The notes beneath the pieces are model-generated. The model was not told the origin of the DNA. It saw nothing but the letters and a program-made list of their open reading frames with translations, and made no database searches. A stretch of 64,000 nucleotides of DNA, taken from NCBI GenBank assembly GCA_963775425.1, contig CAVZJB010000009.1, positions 272,616 through 336,615 of the forward strand, in the 5' to 3' direction. Both the position numbers and the translations under genes were made by a program. This stretch comes from an uncultured delta proteobacterium. GTDB lineage: Bacteria > Myxococcota > UBA727 > VGSZ01. This document shows positions 9,320-21,154 of the stretch, in pieces; position 1 is the first letter of the stretch, and each line of letters starts with the position of its first letter.

Positions 9320-11155
9320 TCAGGACACGCTCCACAGGACCGAGTACCACTTGGGCATGTCGTCGAGCTTGAGCTCGAAGATGCCGTCGTTCTTCCCGTT
9401 GCCGCGCGGCTCGGACTCGCCCCAGGGGTTCCTGAGCTTCACCATCTTCACGCCGTTTTTCTCGTAGGCGTCGACGACGGTGTAGGTGTGGTCGCCGTAG
9501 ACGCCGGTGTTGGCGAACAGCGCCTCGTGGCCCGCGTCGTCCTTGGTGCCGAGGCACACCGGGAGCTTGTGCGCGAGCTTGTCCTTGATGATGCGGAAGC
9601 ACGCGTCCTTGTTGCGCGCCGAGAAGTCCTTCTCGAGCGCCGGCCGGCCGAGGACCGCTTCGAAGAGGTCGGCGGAGCTGCCGCCGTCGCCGATGTCGTT
9701 GTAATCGCCGTTGAGCTGCGCCCACGCTTTCTCGAAGAGCGGGAACCACAGCTCCATCTTGTCGCGCGCGGTGGAGTTGGCCGACGAGCCGTACAGCGGG
9801 CCGCCCCAGGAGCGCGTGTAGAGGTCGGCGTCGACGGCCTCAAGGTGCTTCTTCGCGTACCCGTCGCGGTCACGCTTGAGCTCGACGACGTAGAACGTGC
9901 CGTTCGCCGGCAACGGCGGCTCGCCGCGCTTCTTCCTGTCCGCGTTCACGGTCTTCCGGTCGGCGTCGGTGGCCACGCGGATGATCTGCGTGAGCAGGTC
10001 GGGGCGCACGAGCGCGAGCGCCGCCGCCCCCGCCGGCGTGTAGCAGTCGCCGAGGTTGCCCTGCACCACGTCTTCCATGGCGGCGCCGTCCTTGAACAGC
10101 GGCCCCGTGTAGTTCTTGAGGTCGTAGCGCGAGCTGCCGTCGGGCTTGCGATCGTCCTTGTGCGGCTTGGGATCTTCGATCTCCACGGGAGCGCCCGTCG
10201 CGCCGCCCGCGCCGAGCACCGCCGAGGTGCCGGCGATCTCCTTGAAGTCCGTGTTGTTGCGGCCGTCGGTGGCCGCCACCTGGAACGTGTCGCCGGGCTT
10301 GCCGTTCAGCTTGGGGACGCCGGGGAAGCGCCCGGTGTCGTCCATGGTGATGTCGGTCTTTTCGCCGGTGCGCTCATTTTCGAAGCGCAGCACCGCGTAG
10401 GGCTCCGAGATCGGGCGGGAGTTGTTGTTGTTGGCGACGGCGATCTTGCCGCGTCCGGCGTCGGACAGCTCGATGCGCATGAGCGCCACTTCGGCGCCGC
10501 GCTTGTCGGCGCCGAGCTGGTCGGCGCGGATCACCATCCAGGCCGAGGCGTTGCCGTGCGCGTCCCGGGTGCGCACGCGCAGCCAGTCGCCGCCCTTCAG
10601 GTCGGTGGTGCCGGTGAGCCGGCCGGTGGCGTCGGTCTTTCCGAGGACGAAGGTGTCGTCGTCGTGAAGGCGCATCGCGGGGATGGCCGAGAGGTTCAGC
10701 GCCTCCACCGTCACGTTCGGCCCGGCGCTCCCTTCGATCTTCACCTTGCCGCGCACGAGCCTCATGTCGGTGATGTTGACGGGGCCGCTTTGCGGGTTCA
10801 CCGGCGCGCGGCCGACGAGCTGCTCGAGGAAGCGCTGCGCGTCGTCGGCGAGGGGGACGGCGCCGCCGTCGAGGATGGCCTCGACGTCCTTCTTCTCACG
10901 CTTGCTCAAGCCCTCGCGCACGATGGACATGAGCTCCTGCTTGGACACCGCGTTGTCGAGCTGGTCCCGCGCGCTCGTCATCGCGAGGCCGCTGCGGTCG
11001 GCGATGTCGGCGAGGAGGGCCTTCAGATCGTCGAGGCCGGCCTTCTTCGAGCCCGTGAAGGCGCGCGCGAGCTTGTCGACCTCGGCGCGGATGGAGCGGT
11101 CGCGGATGGTGACGGGCATCGGGACTCCCGGACGAGATGCCCCGTTATCGGTCAC
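9320..11155 (-). CDS. Calpain-like cysteine protease (peptidase C2) domain protein with a large N-terminal extension
   Basis: C-terminal domain carries the calpain catalytic motifs QGNLGDCY (Cys), GDHTYTV (His) and LRNPWG (Asn). No signal peptide. Confidence 0.6.
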   Translation of the reverse strand: MTDNGASRPGVPMPVTIRDRSIRAEVDKLARAFTGSKKAGLDDLKALLADIADRSGLAMTSARDQLDNAVSKQELMSIVREGLSKREKKDVEAILDGGAVPLADDAQRFLEQLVGRAPVNPQSGPVNITDMRLVRGKVKIEGSAGPNVTVEALNLSAIPAMRLHDDDTFVLGKTDATGRLTGTTDLKGGDWLRVRTRDAHGNASAWMVIRADQLGADKRGAEVALMRIELSDAGRGKIAVANNNNSRPISEPYAVLRFENERTGEKTDITMDDTGRFPGVPKLNGKPGDTFQVAATDGRNNTDFKEIAGTSAVLGAGGATGAPVEIEDPKPHKDDRKPDGSSRYDLKNYTGPLFKDGAAMEDVVQGNLGDCYTPAGAAALALVRPDLLTQIIRVATDADRKTVNADRKKRGEPPLPANGTFYVVELKRDRDGYAKKHLEAVDADLYTRSWGGPLYGSSANSTARDKMELWFPLFEKAWAQLNGDYNDIGDGGSSADLFEAVLGRPALEKDFSARNKDACFRIIKDKLAHKLPVCLGTKDDAGHEALFANTGVYGDHTYTVVDAYEKNGVKMVKLRNPWGESEPRGNGKNDGIFELKLDDMPKWYSVLWSVS

Positions 11156-12372
11156 ATGTGGGATACGGTGCTACATCCCCGCGCGGCCCGCGCCGCGGGG
11201 AGCACCTTGGCGCCAACCGCGCGGATCTCCGCGACTTCCGCGCTGTGACCGGCCTCCCACGCCAGGAAGCGGGTGCGGATCGCGGCGGCGCGATCGGGGC
11301 CGGCGACCCAGGCCGCGGCGGCGGCGTCGCCGCGCAGGAGCGCATCGAGCACGCGCTCCCCGAGCAGCGCCTTGGCGTGAGACGACTCCCACCACGAGCC
11401 TGCGTCGGGCGCCTCGTCGAAGGCGAGGCCCTGGAAGTCGAGCAGCACGACGTCGAGGCCCTCGCGGCGCTCTTTGTCGACGATGCGCTCGATGGTGGCC
11501 TTCCACCGATCCTGCGCGTCGAGCAGCCCGGCCTGCTCGATGACCTCGAGGTGACGCGCGTGCACCGGCGAGAAGTAGAGGCGCACGCGGGTGTGTCCGC
11601 GCCGCGCGAGCTCGAGCAGGCGCGCGAGGTCGCGGAGCCCGCGCGTGTCCTCGACGGGCTCGCCGTGGATGGCGAGCGGGTTCGCGCAGGAGTAGTTGCC
11701 GAAGTAGTCCTTCTCCGACGCGCGGAAGTACGCGAGCGGGCCGCCGGCGCGCGCGCGATCGCGCTCCTGGAAGCGCGGGTCGCGTTGGCCGAGCTGCGTG
11801 AAGTAGCTCGGGTCGTGGCGGCGCCGGAGGGTGGACAGCGACGAGCGCAGCGCGTCTTCGGACAGGACGGTGGAGCCGAAGTCGCTCCAGGCGGACCAGC
11901 GCTGCGGCGCGCCGCTGCTGTCCACGGCGTAGCGGGCCTCGTCGAGCGTGGCGGGGATCTTGGCGGCGGCGTCGAACGCCAGGAGATCGAGGCCGACGAC
12001 GATGAGCTTCTGCGGGACGAGGGCGTTCGCGTGTTGGTACAGGCGCACCCAGTCGTAGGGCTGCGAGCCGTTGACGGCGGCGTTCACCACGTGGAGGCCG
12101 CCGAACGCGGGGCTCTGTGGATCGAGCATCACCTGCGCGCGCGACGTCCCGAGGATGATCCCCTCGGGCTTCTCGCTGCGCACCAGGTGGACCTTGAAGA
12201 GGCGATCGTGTCCCTCCTGCGCCGGGCGGTTGGGGAGCCAGGGCGTGTGAACGATGCGCAGGACGTCGTAGGGATCGATGACGACGTTGATGCCGGCGAC
12301 GACGCCGACGCCGAAGAGCAGCAGCGCGACGAACGCGAGCAGGAAGCGCTCCGGCTGGTGCAGGCGAATCAC
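11152..12372 (-). CDS. Membrane-anchored hypothetical protein (possible SGNH/DltD-AlgJ-like fold)
   Basis: GTG start and N-terminal TM helix. ILGTSR and D..H-type motifs. 4-nt overlap with the calpain-like gene. Confidence 0.45.
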   Translation of the reverse strand: MIRLHQPERFLLAFVALLLFGVGVVAGINVVIDPYDVLRIVHTPWLPNRPAQEGHDRLFKVHLVRSEKPEGIILGTSRAQVMLDPQSPAFGGLHVVNAAVNGSQPYDWVRLYQHANALVPQKLIVVGLDLLAFDAAAKIPATLDEARYAVDSSGAPQRWSAWSDFGSTVLSEDALRSSLSTLRRRHDPSYFTQLGQRDPRFQERDRARAGGPLAYFRASEKDYFGNYSCANPLAIHGEPVEDTRGLRDLARLLELARRGHTRVRLYFSPVHARHLEVIEQAGLLDAQDRWKATIERIVDKERREGLDVVLLDFQGLAFDEAPDAGSWWESSHAKALLGERVLDALLRGDAAAAAWVAGPDRAAAIRTRFLAWEAGHSAEVAEIRAVGAKVLPAARAARGCSTVSHM

Positions 12373-12435
12373 GCGGCCAGCGTAGCCCGCCTCCGCCGCG
12401 GACGACGAGCGCTTCCGGCACGGGATCGTCTCGAG

Positions 12436-14304
<1,869 letters not shown>

Positions 14305-14482
14305 GGCGGCGCTTTTACTGCGATTCGCACGGCGTGACGACCGGCTGCTGCGGCGCCGGCGCGCGAGGCATGAGCGAGAAGGCGCTGTGCGAAATCGCCG
14401 GCTGTCTCACGACGATGAGGTGGGTTTCTGCGTGCTACTGCCGAGATGAACGACCGCGCGCATCGCGCGCCACGAGGATTCG

Positions 14483-15691
<1,209 letters not shown>

Positions 15692-15869
15692 AAGGCTGAC
15701 GAAAAGCAAGGCTCGTAGCAGCACTCGGCGAAGCCGCCCACAAGGTGGCTCGCCGCGCGGAGTACGTGGCGAGGCACGTCGGCGCGCAAGAACCGCTTCG
15801 CGCCGCTTGTGTCACGCGCCTTCGCGGCGCGGGCCGCGTGCGCCGCATCGGAGATCTCCGGATTGTCGG

Positions 15870-16171
15870 CATCGGCGAGCACCGCGAGGACATCGGTGAG
15901 GAGCTTGTCGAACGCGGCGCGGTGATCGACGCGGAACCTGGCGAGGACGTCATGACTCGGGCGCAGATCGCCGACGATAAAACGGAAGGCGTCGTCGTTC
16001 GTCGTCAGCCGCGCGATCTCCCGGCCGCTCCCGATCCCTTGGCCTATCGCGTACAGCCACAGCGTCAGGAGCATCCGCGGGCTCGTCATCGGGCGCCCAC
16101 GTGAACCCGTCGAGGTCGAGCACACGGTCGATCAGGCGAGCCGGGTGCTCGGGGCCGATGAGGTCGTCCAC
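15870..16171 (-). pseudogene. IS5/IS1182-family transposase remnant (N-terminal ~100 aa only, internally frameshifted, DDE domain missing)
   Basis: Two adjacent frames encode HPARLIDRVLDLDGFTWAP and RMLLTLWLYAIGQGIGSGREIARLTTNDDAFRFIVGDLRPSHDVLARFR, matching the conserved N-terminus of IS5-family transposases. No catalytic domain follows. Confidence 0.5.
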
Positions 16172-16413
16172 GGCCTGGGTCTTCAGCTTGGGCGCTCGGA
16201 ATCAGCGAAGGCGAGACAACGTCGCCACCGCCGGAGCTCCTTTCCGCTCCGCCGTGTGGCCGTAGCACCGGCCCCTTCCGGGTGGCTCGGATCAACACGT
16301 TACGCGTCAGCCCTGAGCCGAGCGGCGCTACGACATCCGGTGCGCCCGGATCGACCGGCGGTCCACGGCGGGGTGAGACGCCAGGCTTGCGTTGTTCCGC
16401 AACGGGAGCTCGC

Positions 16414-17763
16414 ATGCGCACGCGCGTCGTCGCAGTCGTCTTCGCCACCGTCGTCGTCGCCGGTGTCACGCTCGGCGCCACCGATCCGCCGCCGACGCGG
16501 ATCGCGCCGCACGGCGCGCAGGTCATGGCCGATCAGATCGCGGCGTTCGACGCGCTGAAGACCGACGTCACGGGCGAGGTGATCCCCACCGACCGGGCCT
16601 ACTGGAACACGCTCGTCCCCGAGGACAACGCCGCCACGCCCGCGCGCATCGCCCTCGGCAAGAAGCTCTACTTCGACCCGCGGCTGTCGCGCGACGGCAC
16701 CGTCGCGTGCGCGACCTGCCACGACGTCAGCCGCGGCTTCACCGACCGGCGCCCCGCGTCCGAGGGCATCGGCGGGCGCATCGGACGCAGAAACGCGCCC
16801 ACCACGTTGAACGCGGCGTTCTTCTCGTCGCAGTTCTGGGACGGGCGCGCCAAGACCCTGGAGGACCAGGCGAGGCTGCCGCCGCTGAACCCCGTCGAGA
16901 TGGGACAGCCCAACGGGGACGCGGTCGTCGCCGTGCTCACAGCGGACGCCGACTACCCGCGGCTGTTCCACGAGGCCTACGGACACCCGCCCAACTACGA
17001 AGACTTCGGCCGCGCCATCGGCGCCTTCGAAAGGACGCTCATCTTCCTCGACGCGCCCTTCGACCGCTTCATGAACGGACAGGTGGACGCCATCGACGAC
17101 GACGCCAAGGCCGGCATGGTGCTCTTCTTCGGCAAGGCGCGCTGCGCCTCGTGCCACACCCTGAGCGCCGTGAACCCCGTCGGCACCGACAACCGCTTCC
17201 ACAACATCGGCGTCAGCGCGCGGCACCAGGACTTCGAGAAGCTCGCGCGGCAGGCGGTGGCGGCGCTCGACAAGACGGGCGGCGGGGACCGCGCCGTCGA
17301 CGAGCTCGCGCTCTCCAGCGATCTCGCCGAGCTCGGCCGCTTCGTCGTCACCAAGCACCGAAGCGACATCGGGGCGTTCAAGACGGAGCAGTTGCGCAAC
17401 GTCGGGCTCACGCCGCCGTACATGCACGACGGCTCCATGCAGACGCTCTGGGACGTCGTCGACCACTACAACAAGGGCGGCGAGGCGAACCCGTACCTCG
17501 ACGGCGGCATCGAGCCCCTCGACCTGAGCGAGCAGGAGGTGAACCAGCTCGTCGCCTTCATGTTCACGCTCACCGACGCGCGCTTCGCCGATGACAACCG
17601 CACGCAATTCAATGAGCAGCGGGCGAAGGCGCAGAAGTCGCGCCCGTTCCGCGACGACGAGCTCGCGCACAGGACAGTGCTGCCGTTTCAGCAACGCCTG
17701 GCACGCGAGGACCGCGCGGCGGGCTCCGTCGACGGCGGGACGCGAGGGAAGGGGGCGCCATGA
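16414..17763 (+). CDS. Di-heme cytochrome c peroxidase (CCP/MauG family)
   Basis: Two CxxCH motifs (CATCH, CASCH). Signal peptide after the ATG at 16414. GGGAG RBS. Confidence 0.8.
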   Translation: MRTRVVAVVFATVVVAGVTLGATDPPPTRIAPHGAQVMADQIAAFDALKTDVTGEVIPTDRAYWNTLVPEDNAATPARIALGKKLYFDPRLSRDGTVACATCHDVSRGFTDRRPASEGIGGRIGRRNAPTTLNAAFFSSQFWDGRAKTLEDQARLPPLNPVEMGQPNGDAVVAVLTADADYPRLFHEAYGHPPNYEDFGRAIGAFERTLIFLDAPFDRFMNGQVDAIDDDAKAGMVLFFGKARCASCHTLSAVNPVGTDNRFHNIGVSARHQDFEKLARQAVAALDKTGGGDRAVDELALSSDLAELGRFVVTKHRSDIGAFKTEQLRNVGLTPPYMHDGSMQTLWDVVDHYNKGGEANPYLDGGIEPLDLSEQEVNQLVAFMFTLTDARFADDNRTQFNEQRAKAQKSRPFRDDELAHRTVLPFQQRLAREDRAAGSVDGGTRGKGAP

Positions 17764-18872
17764 AGGGCTGGAAGAGCGTTGAGACCAGGTACCTCGAGAA
17801 GCGCGAGCGCGCGTTGCGCGCGCTGGCCGGCCTAAACCGCCGCGGCTTCCTCAAAGCGTCGGCCGCGGCGGCCGCGGCGGCGGCGGGGCTCGTGTACCCG
17901 CGCAGCTTCCAGCCCATCGCCATCGCGCGCGCCGCGGAGCTCGACGGTGCGCCCTTCCGAATCGCGTACATCTCGGACTCGCACCTGTACGAGACCAGCC
18001 TCAACCCGCGCTTCGTCAACGCCATCATGCGCGCCGTCGACGACGTCAACGCGCTCGATCCGCAGCCGGACTTCGTCATCTTCGGCGGCGACCTGGCGCA
18101 GCTCGGCCAGGCCAAAGAGCTCGAGCTGGGCGCGCAGATCTTGAAGGAGCTGAAGGCGCCGCTGCACGTCATGGTGGGCGAGCACGACTGGTACTTCGAC
18201 CTGGGCGAGAAGTGGCGCGACCTGTTCGGCGAGCCCACCTACTCGTTCGACCACCGCGGCGTGCACTTCGTGGTGCTCAACAGCGTCATCGAGGACGACT
18301 TCTGGACCGCGCGCAAGCTCACGCCCATGGAGCGGATGCGCACCGTGGCCGGGCTCGACGACAAGATCCAGTCGCGTTTCCAGGTCGGCGCGAAGCAACG
18401 CGCGTGGCTCGAGAAGGACCTGGCCCACCTGCCGGCGTCGACGCCGCTCGTCGTCTTCTCGCATTCGCCGCTCTACAAGCTCTACCGCCCCTGGAACTTC
18501 TGGACGGAGGACGCCGAAGAGGTGCAGGCGCTCCTCAAGCGCTTCTCGCACGTGAGCGTCATCCACGGGCACACGCACCAACTTCTCTTGAATCACGTCG
18601 ACAACATCAACTTCTACGGGATGCTGTCGACGGCGTGGCCCTGGCCGTACGCGCCCGAGGGGCTGCCGCCGCTCACCGTGCAGATGGGCCGCGCCGATCC
18701 ATTCGATCCGCAGGACGGCTGCGGCGACGGCACGTTCTCCCTGTCCGACGACGGCGTGGTCGAGAGCATCTACGACCTCTGGAATCGGAACCCGATCACC
18801 GTGCGCGCGAGCTACCTGTCGTCGAACGGCAAGGTCGACGTCCCGCCCGCGCCTGCTCTCGTCAGCTACTGA
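17760..18872 (+). CDS. Tat-secreted calcineurin-like metallophosphoesterase
   Basis: Twin-arginine motif NRRGFLK. Metallophosphoesterase motifs DSH, GGD, GEHD, GHTH. Its ATG overlaps the CCP stop (ATGA). Confidence 0.7.
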   Translation: MKGWKSVETRYLEKRERALRALAGLNRRGFLKASAAAAAAAAGLVYPRSFQPIAIARAAELDGAPFRIAYISDSHLYETSLNPRFVNAIMRAVDDVNALDPQPDFVIFGGDLAQLGQAKELELGAQILKELKAPLHVMVGEHDWYFDLGEKWRDLFGEPTYSFDHRGVHFVVLNSVIEDDFWTARKLTPMERMRTVAGLDDKIQSRFQVGAKQRAWLEKDLAHLPASTPLVVFSHSPLYKLYRPWNFWTEDAEEVQALLKRFSHVSVIHGHTHQLLLNHVDNINFYGMLSTAWPWPYAPEGLPPLTVQMGRADPFDPQDGCGDGTFSLSDDGVVESIYDLWNRNPITVRASYLSSNGKVDVPPAPALVSY

Positions 18873-18897
18873 ACGTCGCGCCGCGCAGGGGGTCTTC

Positions 18898-19557
18898 ATG
18901 TCGCGTCAGCGTCTCTTCATCGTCACCGCGCTCGCCGGCGCCGTCTCCGTCTGCGCCACGCTCGCGGGTTGCCGCGCGCCCCCGCCGCCGCCGCCGGCCG
19001 GCAAGGAGGGCGTCGAGGTGCTCCTGTGCGACGGAAAGACGAAGACCGTGATGCCCACGGGTACGCCCGGCACGGCCATCGCGGGCGCGCTGATGAGCCA
19101 GTGGCTGCGCAATAACCCCACGAAGGACTGGGACGTGGCGGAGGCCGACGCGCACACCCTCGTGCCCGCGTACGACAACGCGTCGCTCGTCGGCGATCCG
19201 CAGGGCGCGACGTACGGCGGCGTCACCAAGGACGACGTCGCCCTGTGGAAGAGCGAGAGCGAACGCTTCGCGCGCGCCGGCTCACGCGTGTTCCACAGCG
19301 CCGATGAGCTCGGCAGCACCATCGGCGTCTCCTGCGACATGTGTCACCCGAACGGATCGAACACGCACCCGGAGACCTTCCCGAAGTACGAGCCGCAGGT
19401 CGGCCGCGTCACCCTGCTGCGCGACATGATCAACTGGTGCATCGAGCACCCGGTGAAGGGCAAGGCGCTCGCGGGCGACGACCCGCGCATGCGCGCCCTC
19501 GAGGCGTACATCCTCGCGCAGCGCTCCGGCGTGCCGCTCGCCTACGGCAAGCGCTGA
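18898..19557 (+). CDS. c-type cytochrome lipoprotein (single CxxCH)
   Basis: Lipobox LAGC and a CDMCH heme-binding motif. Confidence 0.6.
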   Translation: MSRQRLFIVTALAGAVSVCATLAGCRAPPPPPPAGKEGVEVLLCDGKTKTVMPTGTPGTAIAGALMSQWLRNNPTKDWDVAEADAHTLVPAYDNASLVGDPQGATYGGVTKDDVALWKSESERFARAGSRVFHSADELGSTIGVSCDMCHPNGSNTHPETFPKYEPQVGRVTLLRDMINWCIEHPVKGKALAGDDPRMRALEAYILAQRSGVPLAYGKR

Positions 19558-19559
19558 TC

Positions 19560-19579
19560 GCGCCGCGCGGTCGCGGCGC
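19560..19579. terminator. GC-rich hairpin (8-bp stem GCGCCGCG/CGCGGCGC, 4-nt loop) between convergent genes
   Basis: Seen in sequence directly after the cytochrome lipoprotein stop and before the DUF1178 gene end. Confidence 0.35.
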
Positions 19580-19598
19580 TCGTCGGCGCCGCGCGTCT

Positions 19599-20078
19599 TC
19601 AGTTGAGGTCGATGTCGGGGACGGGGATCTTGGCGAACGGCACGCCCTCGTCGACGAGGCGCTGCTCTTCCTCGGCGGTGGACGTGCCGTGGATGGGCCG
19701 CGCCTCCTCCTCGCCGTGGTGGATGGCCAAGGCGCGGCTGGCGAACGTGTCGCCGACGTCCTCGGCGTGGGTCCGCACGGCGCGGAGCAGGCGGGAGAGC
19801 GCGCGCTGCACCTCCAGCGGCATCGTCGCGTCGGGCACCGGCCGCTGCGCGTCGGGCGCCGGCCGCGGCGCGTCGGGGGCCGGCGCGGGGGTCTTGTCCG
19901 GCGCCGTCGAGCCCCGCGTGGCGATGCCGCGGAAGCTCGGGCGCTGCGCGACGTCGCCGCTGCCACACGTGGGGCAACAGAGCTCACCGCCGTCGCGCGC
20001 GCCTTCGAAGGCGGCGGCGTTGTCGTACCACCCCTCGTAGAGGTGTCCGGCGGCGCAGGCGAGGTCCACGACGAACAT
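19599..20078 (-). CDS. DUF1178 family protein
   Basis: N-terminal MFVVDLACAAGHLYEGWY...CPTCGS matches the DUF1178 zinc-ribbon signature. Confidence 0.55.
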   Translation of the reverse strand: MFVVDLACAAGHLYEGWYDNAAAFEGARDGGELCCPTCGSGDVAQRPSFRGIATRGSTAPDKTPAPAPDAPRPAPDAQRPVPDATMPLEVQRALSRLLRAVRTHAEDVGDTFASRALAIHHGEEEARPIHGTSTAEEEQRLVDEGVPFAKIPVPDIDLN

Positions 20079-20124
20079 CGGTACGAGCATACGGTTCGCG
20101 ACCCCGGCGCGACCACCGGGGGCG

Positions 20125-21036
20125 TCACAGCATGCGGCGCCACAGCACGTTGCCGGCGTGCACGTCGACGGCGAGGACCCCCGCGCCCGCCGCCTCGCGC
20201 GCGACGACGAGGATCAGGCTGTCGCCCTCGAGGTGCGCGGCGGCGAGCGCCGCGCCCGGCAGGTCGGGTGCCAGGACCACGTCCCACAGCCGCGCGCCGT
20301 CGGCGGTGCGCACGCCGGCCACGGCCTGCTGCGAGGCGTGGCCCTTGCGGTCCATCTTGTCGTCGTGCCGGAAGAACGCGATGGCGCCGTCGTCCGCCGT
20401 GAGCTGCGCGCTGCTCGCGGCGTCGCCGACGACCTTGGCGTGGATGTACTCCTCGTCGCCGTAGGGCTTCTCCTCGCCCCCGGGCCCGCGCAACAGCCGC
20501 GCGCGCGCCTCGTGACCGGGCTCCACGAGCTCGCCGCCGGGCATCTCGAGGGAGTCGCGGTCAAAGCGCGGCGGCGCCCGGGTCACCCGCACCGCCGACG
20601 TCCGCACCTGCTCGGCGCGTCCGGTGCCGTCCACGCGCCAAGAGGTGCCGCCGGTGGTGGCGTAGTACGCGGCGCCGGTGTCGTCGTCGACGATCGGCGC
20701 GTGGTCCATGAGGTCCTCGAGGTGCACGCCGCGCTGCGCGAGGGTGTCGTCGTCGACGGCGACGGCGCGGGTGGCCGTGGAGAGCGCGTACACCGCGTCC
20801 TTGCGATCCTTGCACCACACGAGCCCGCGCGCCGGGCGGCTGCACTTGAGCGCCGCGGGGATGACGACGGCCACAGGCGCGCTTCGCCCGTCGAGCGGCA
20901 CGAACGATACGCGCGTGGCGTTGCGGCCGGAGCGGCCGAAAGGCTGGTCGCCGGAGCGAACGTGCTCGACGACCGTCGCGAGCGGCGGGTCCTCGGTGAA
21001 CCAGACCGCCTGGACGCGTCCGTGCAGGTGGAACAC
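20125..21036 (-). CDS. Hypothetical protein; start probably lies upstream at a non-ATG codon, with an N-terminal TM helix
   Basis: The open frame continues upstream and encodes AIGGPALLLLGIVAAAAWNF before the first ATG. Confidence 0.4.
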   Translation of the reverse strand: MFHLHGRVQAVWFTEDPPLATVVEHVRSGDQPFGRSGRNATRVSFVPLDGRSAPVAVVIPAALKCSRPARGLVWCKDRKDAVYALSTATRAVAVDDDTLAQRGVHLEDLMDHAPIVDDDTGAAYYATTGGTSWRVDGTGRAEQVRTSAVRVTRAPPRFDRDSLEMPGGELVEPGHEARARLLRGPGGEEKPYGDEEYIHAKVVGDAASSAQLTADDGAIAFFRHDDKMDRKGHASQQAVAGVRTADGARLWDVVLAPDLPGAALAAAHLEGDSLILVVAREAAGAGVLAVDVHAGNVLWRRML

Positions 21037-21154
21037 GCGCGTCTCCCAGCCGAACGGCGCGAAGTTCCACGCGGCGGCGGCGACGATGCCGAGCAGCAGC
21101 AGCGCCGGACCGCCAATCGCAGCTTGTCGGCGAGATCCCCGCGTCCCGCGTTGC

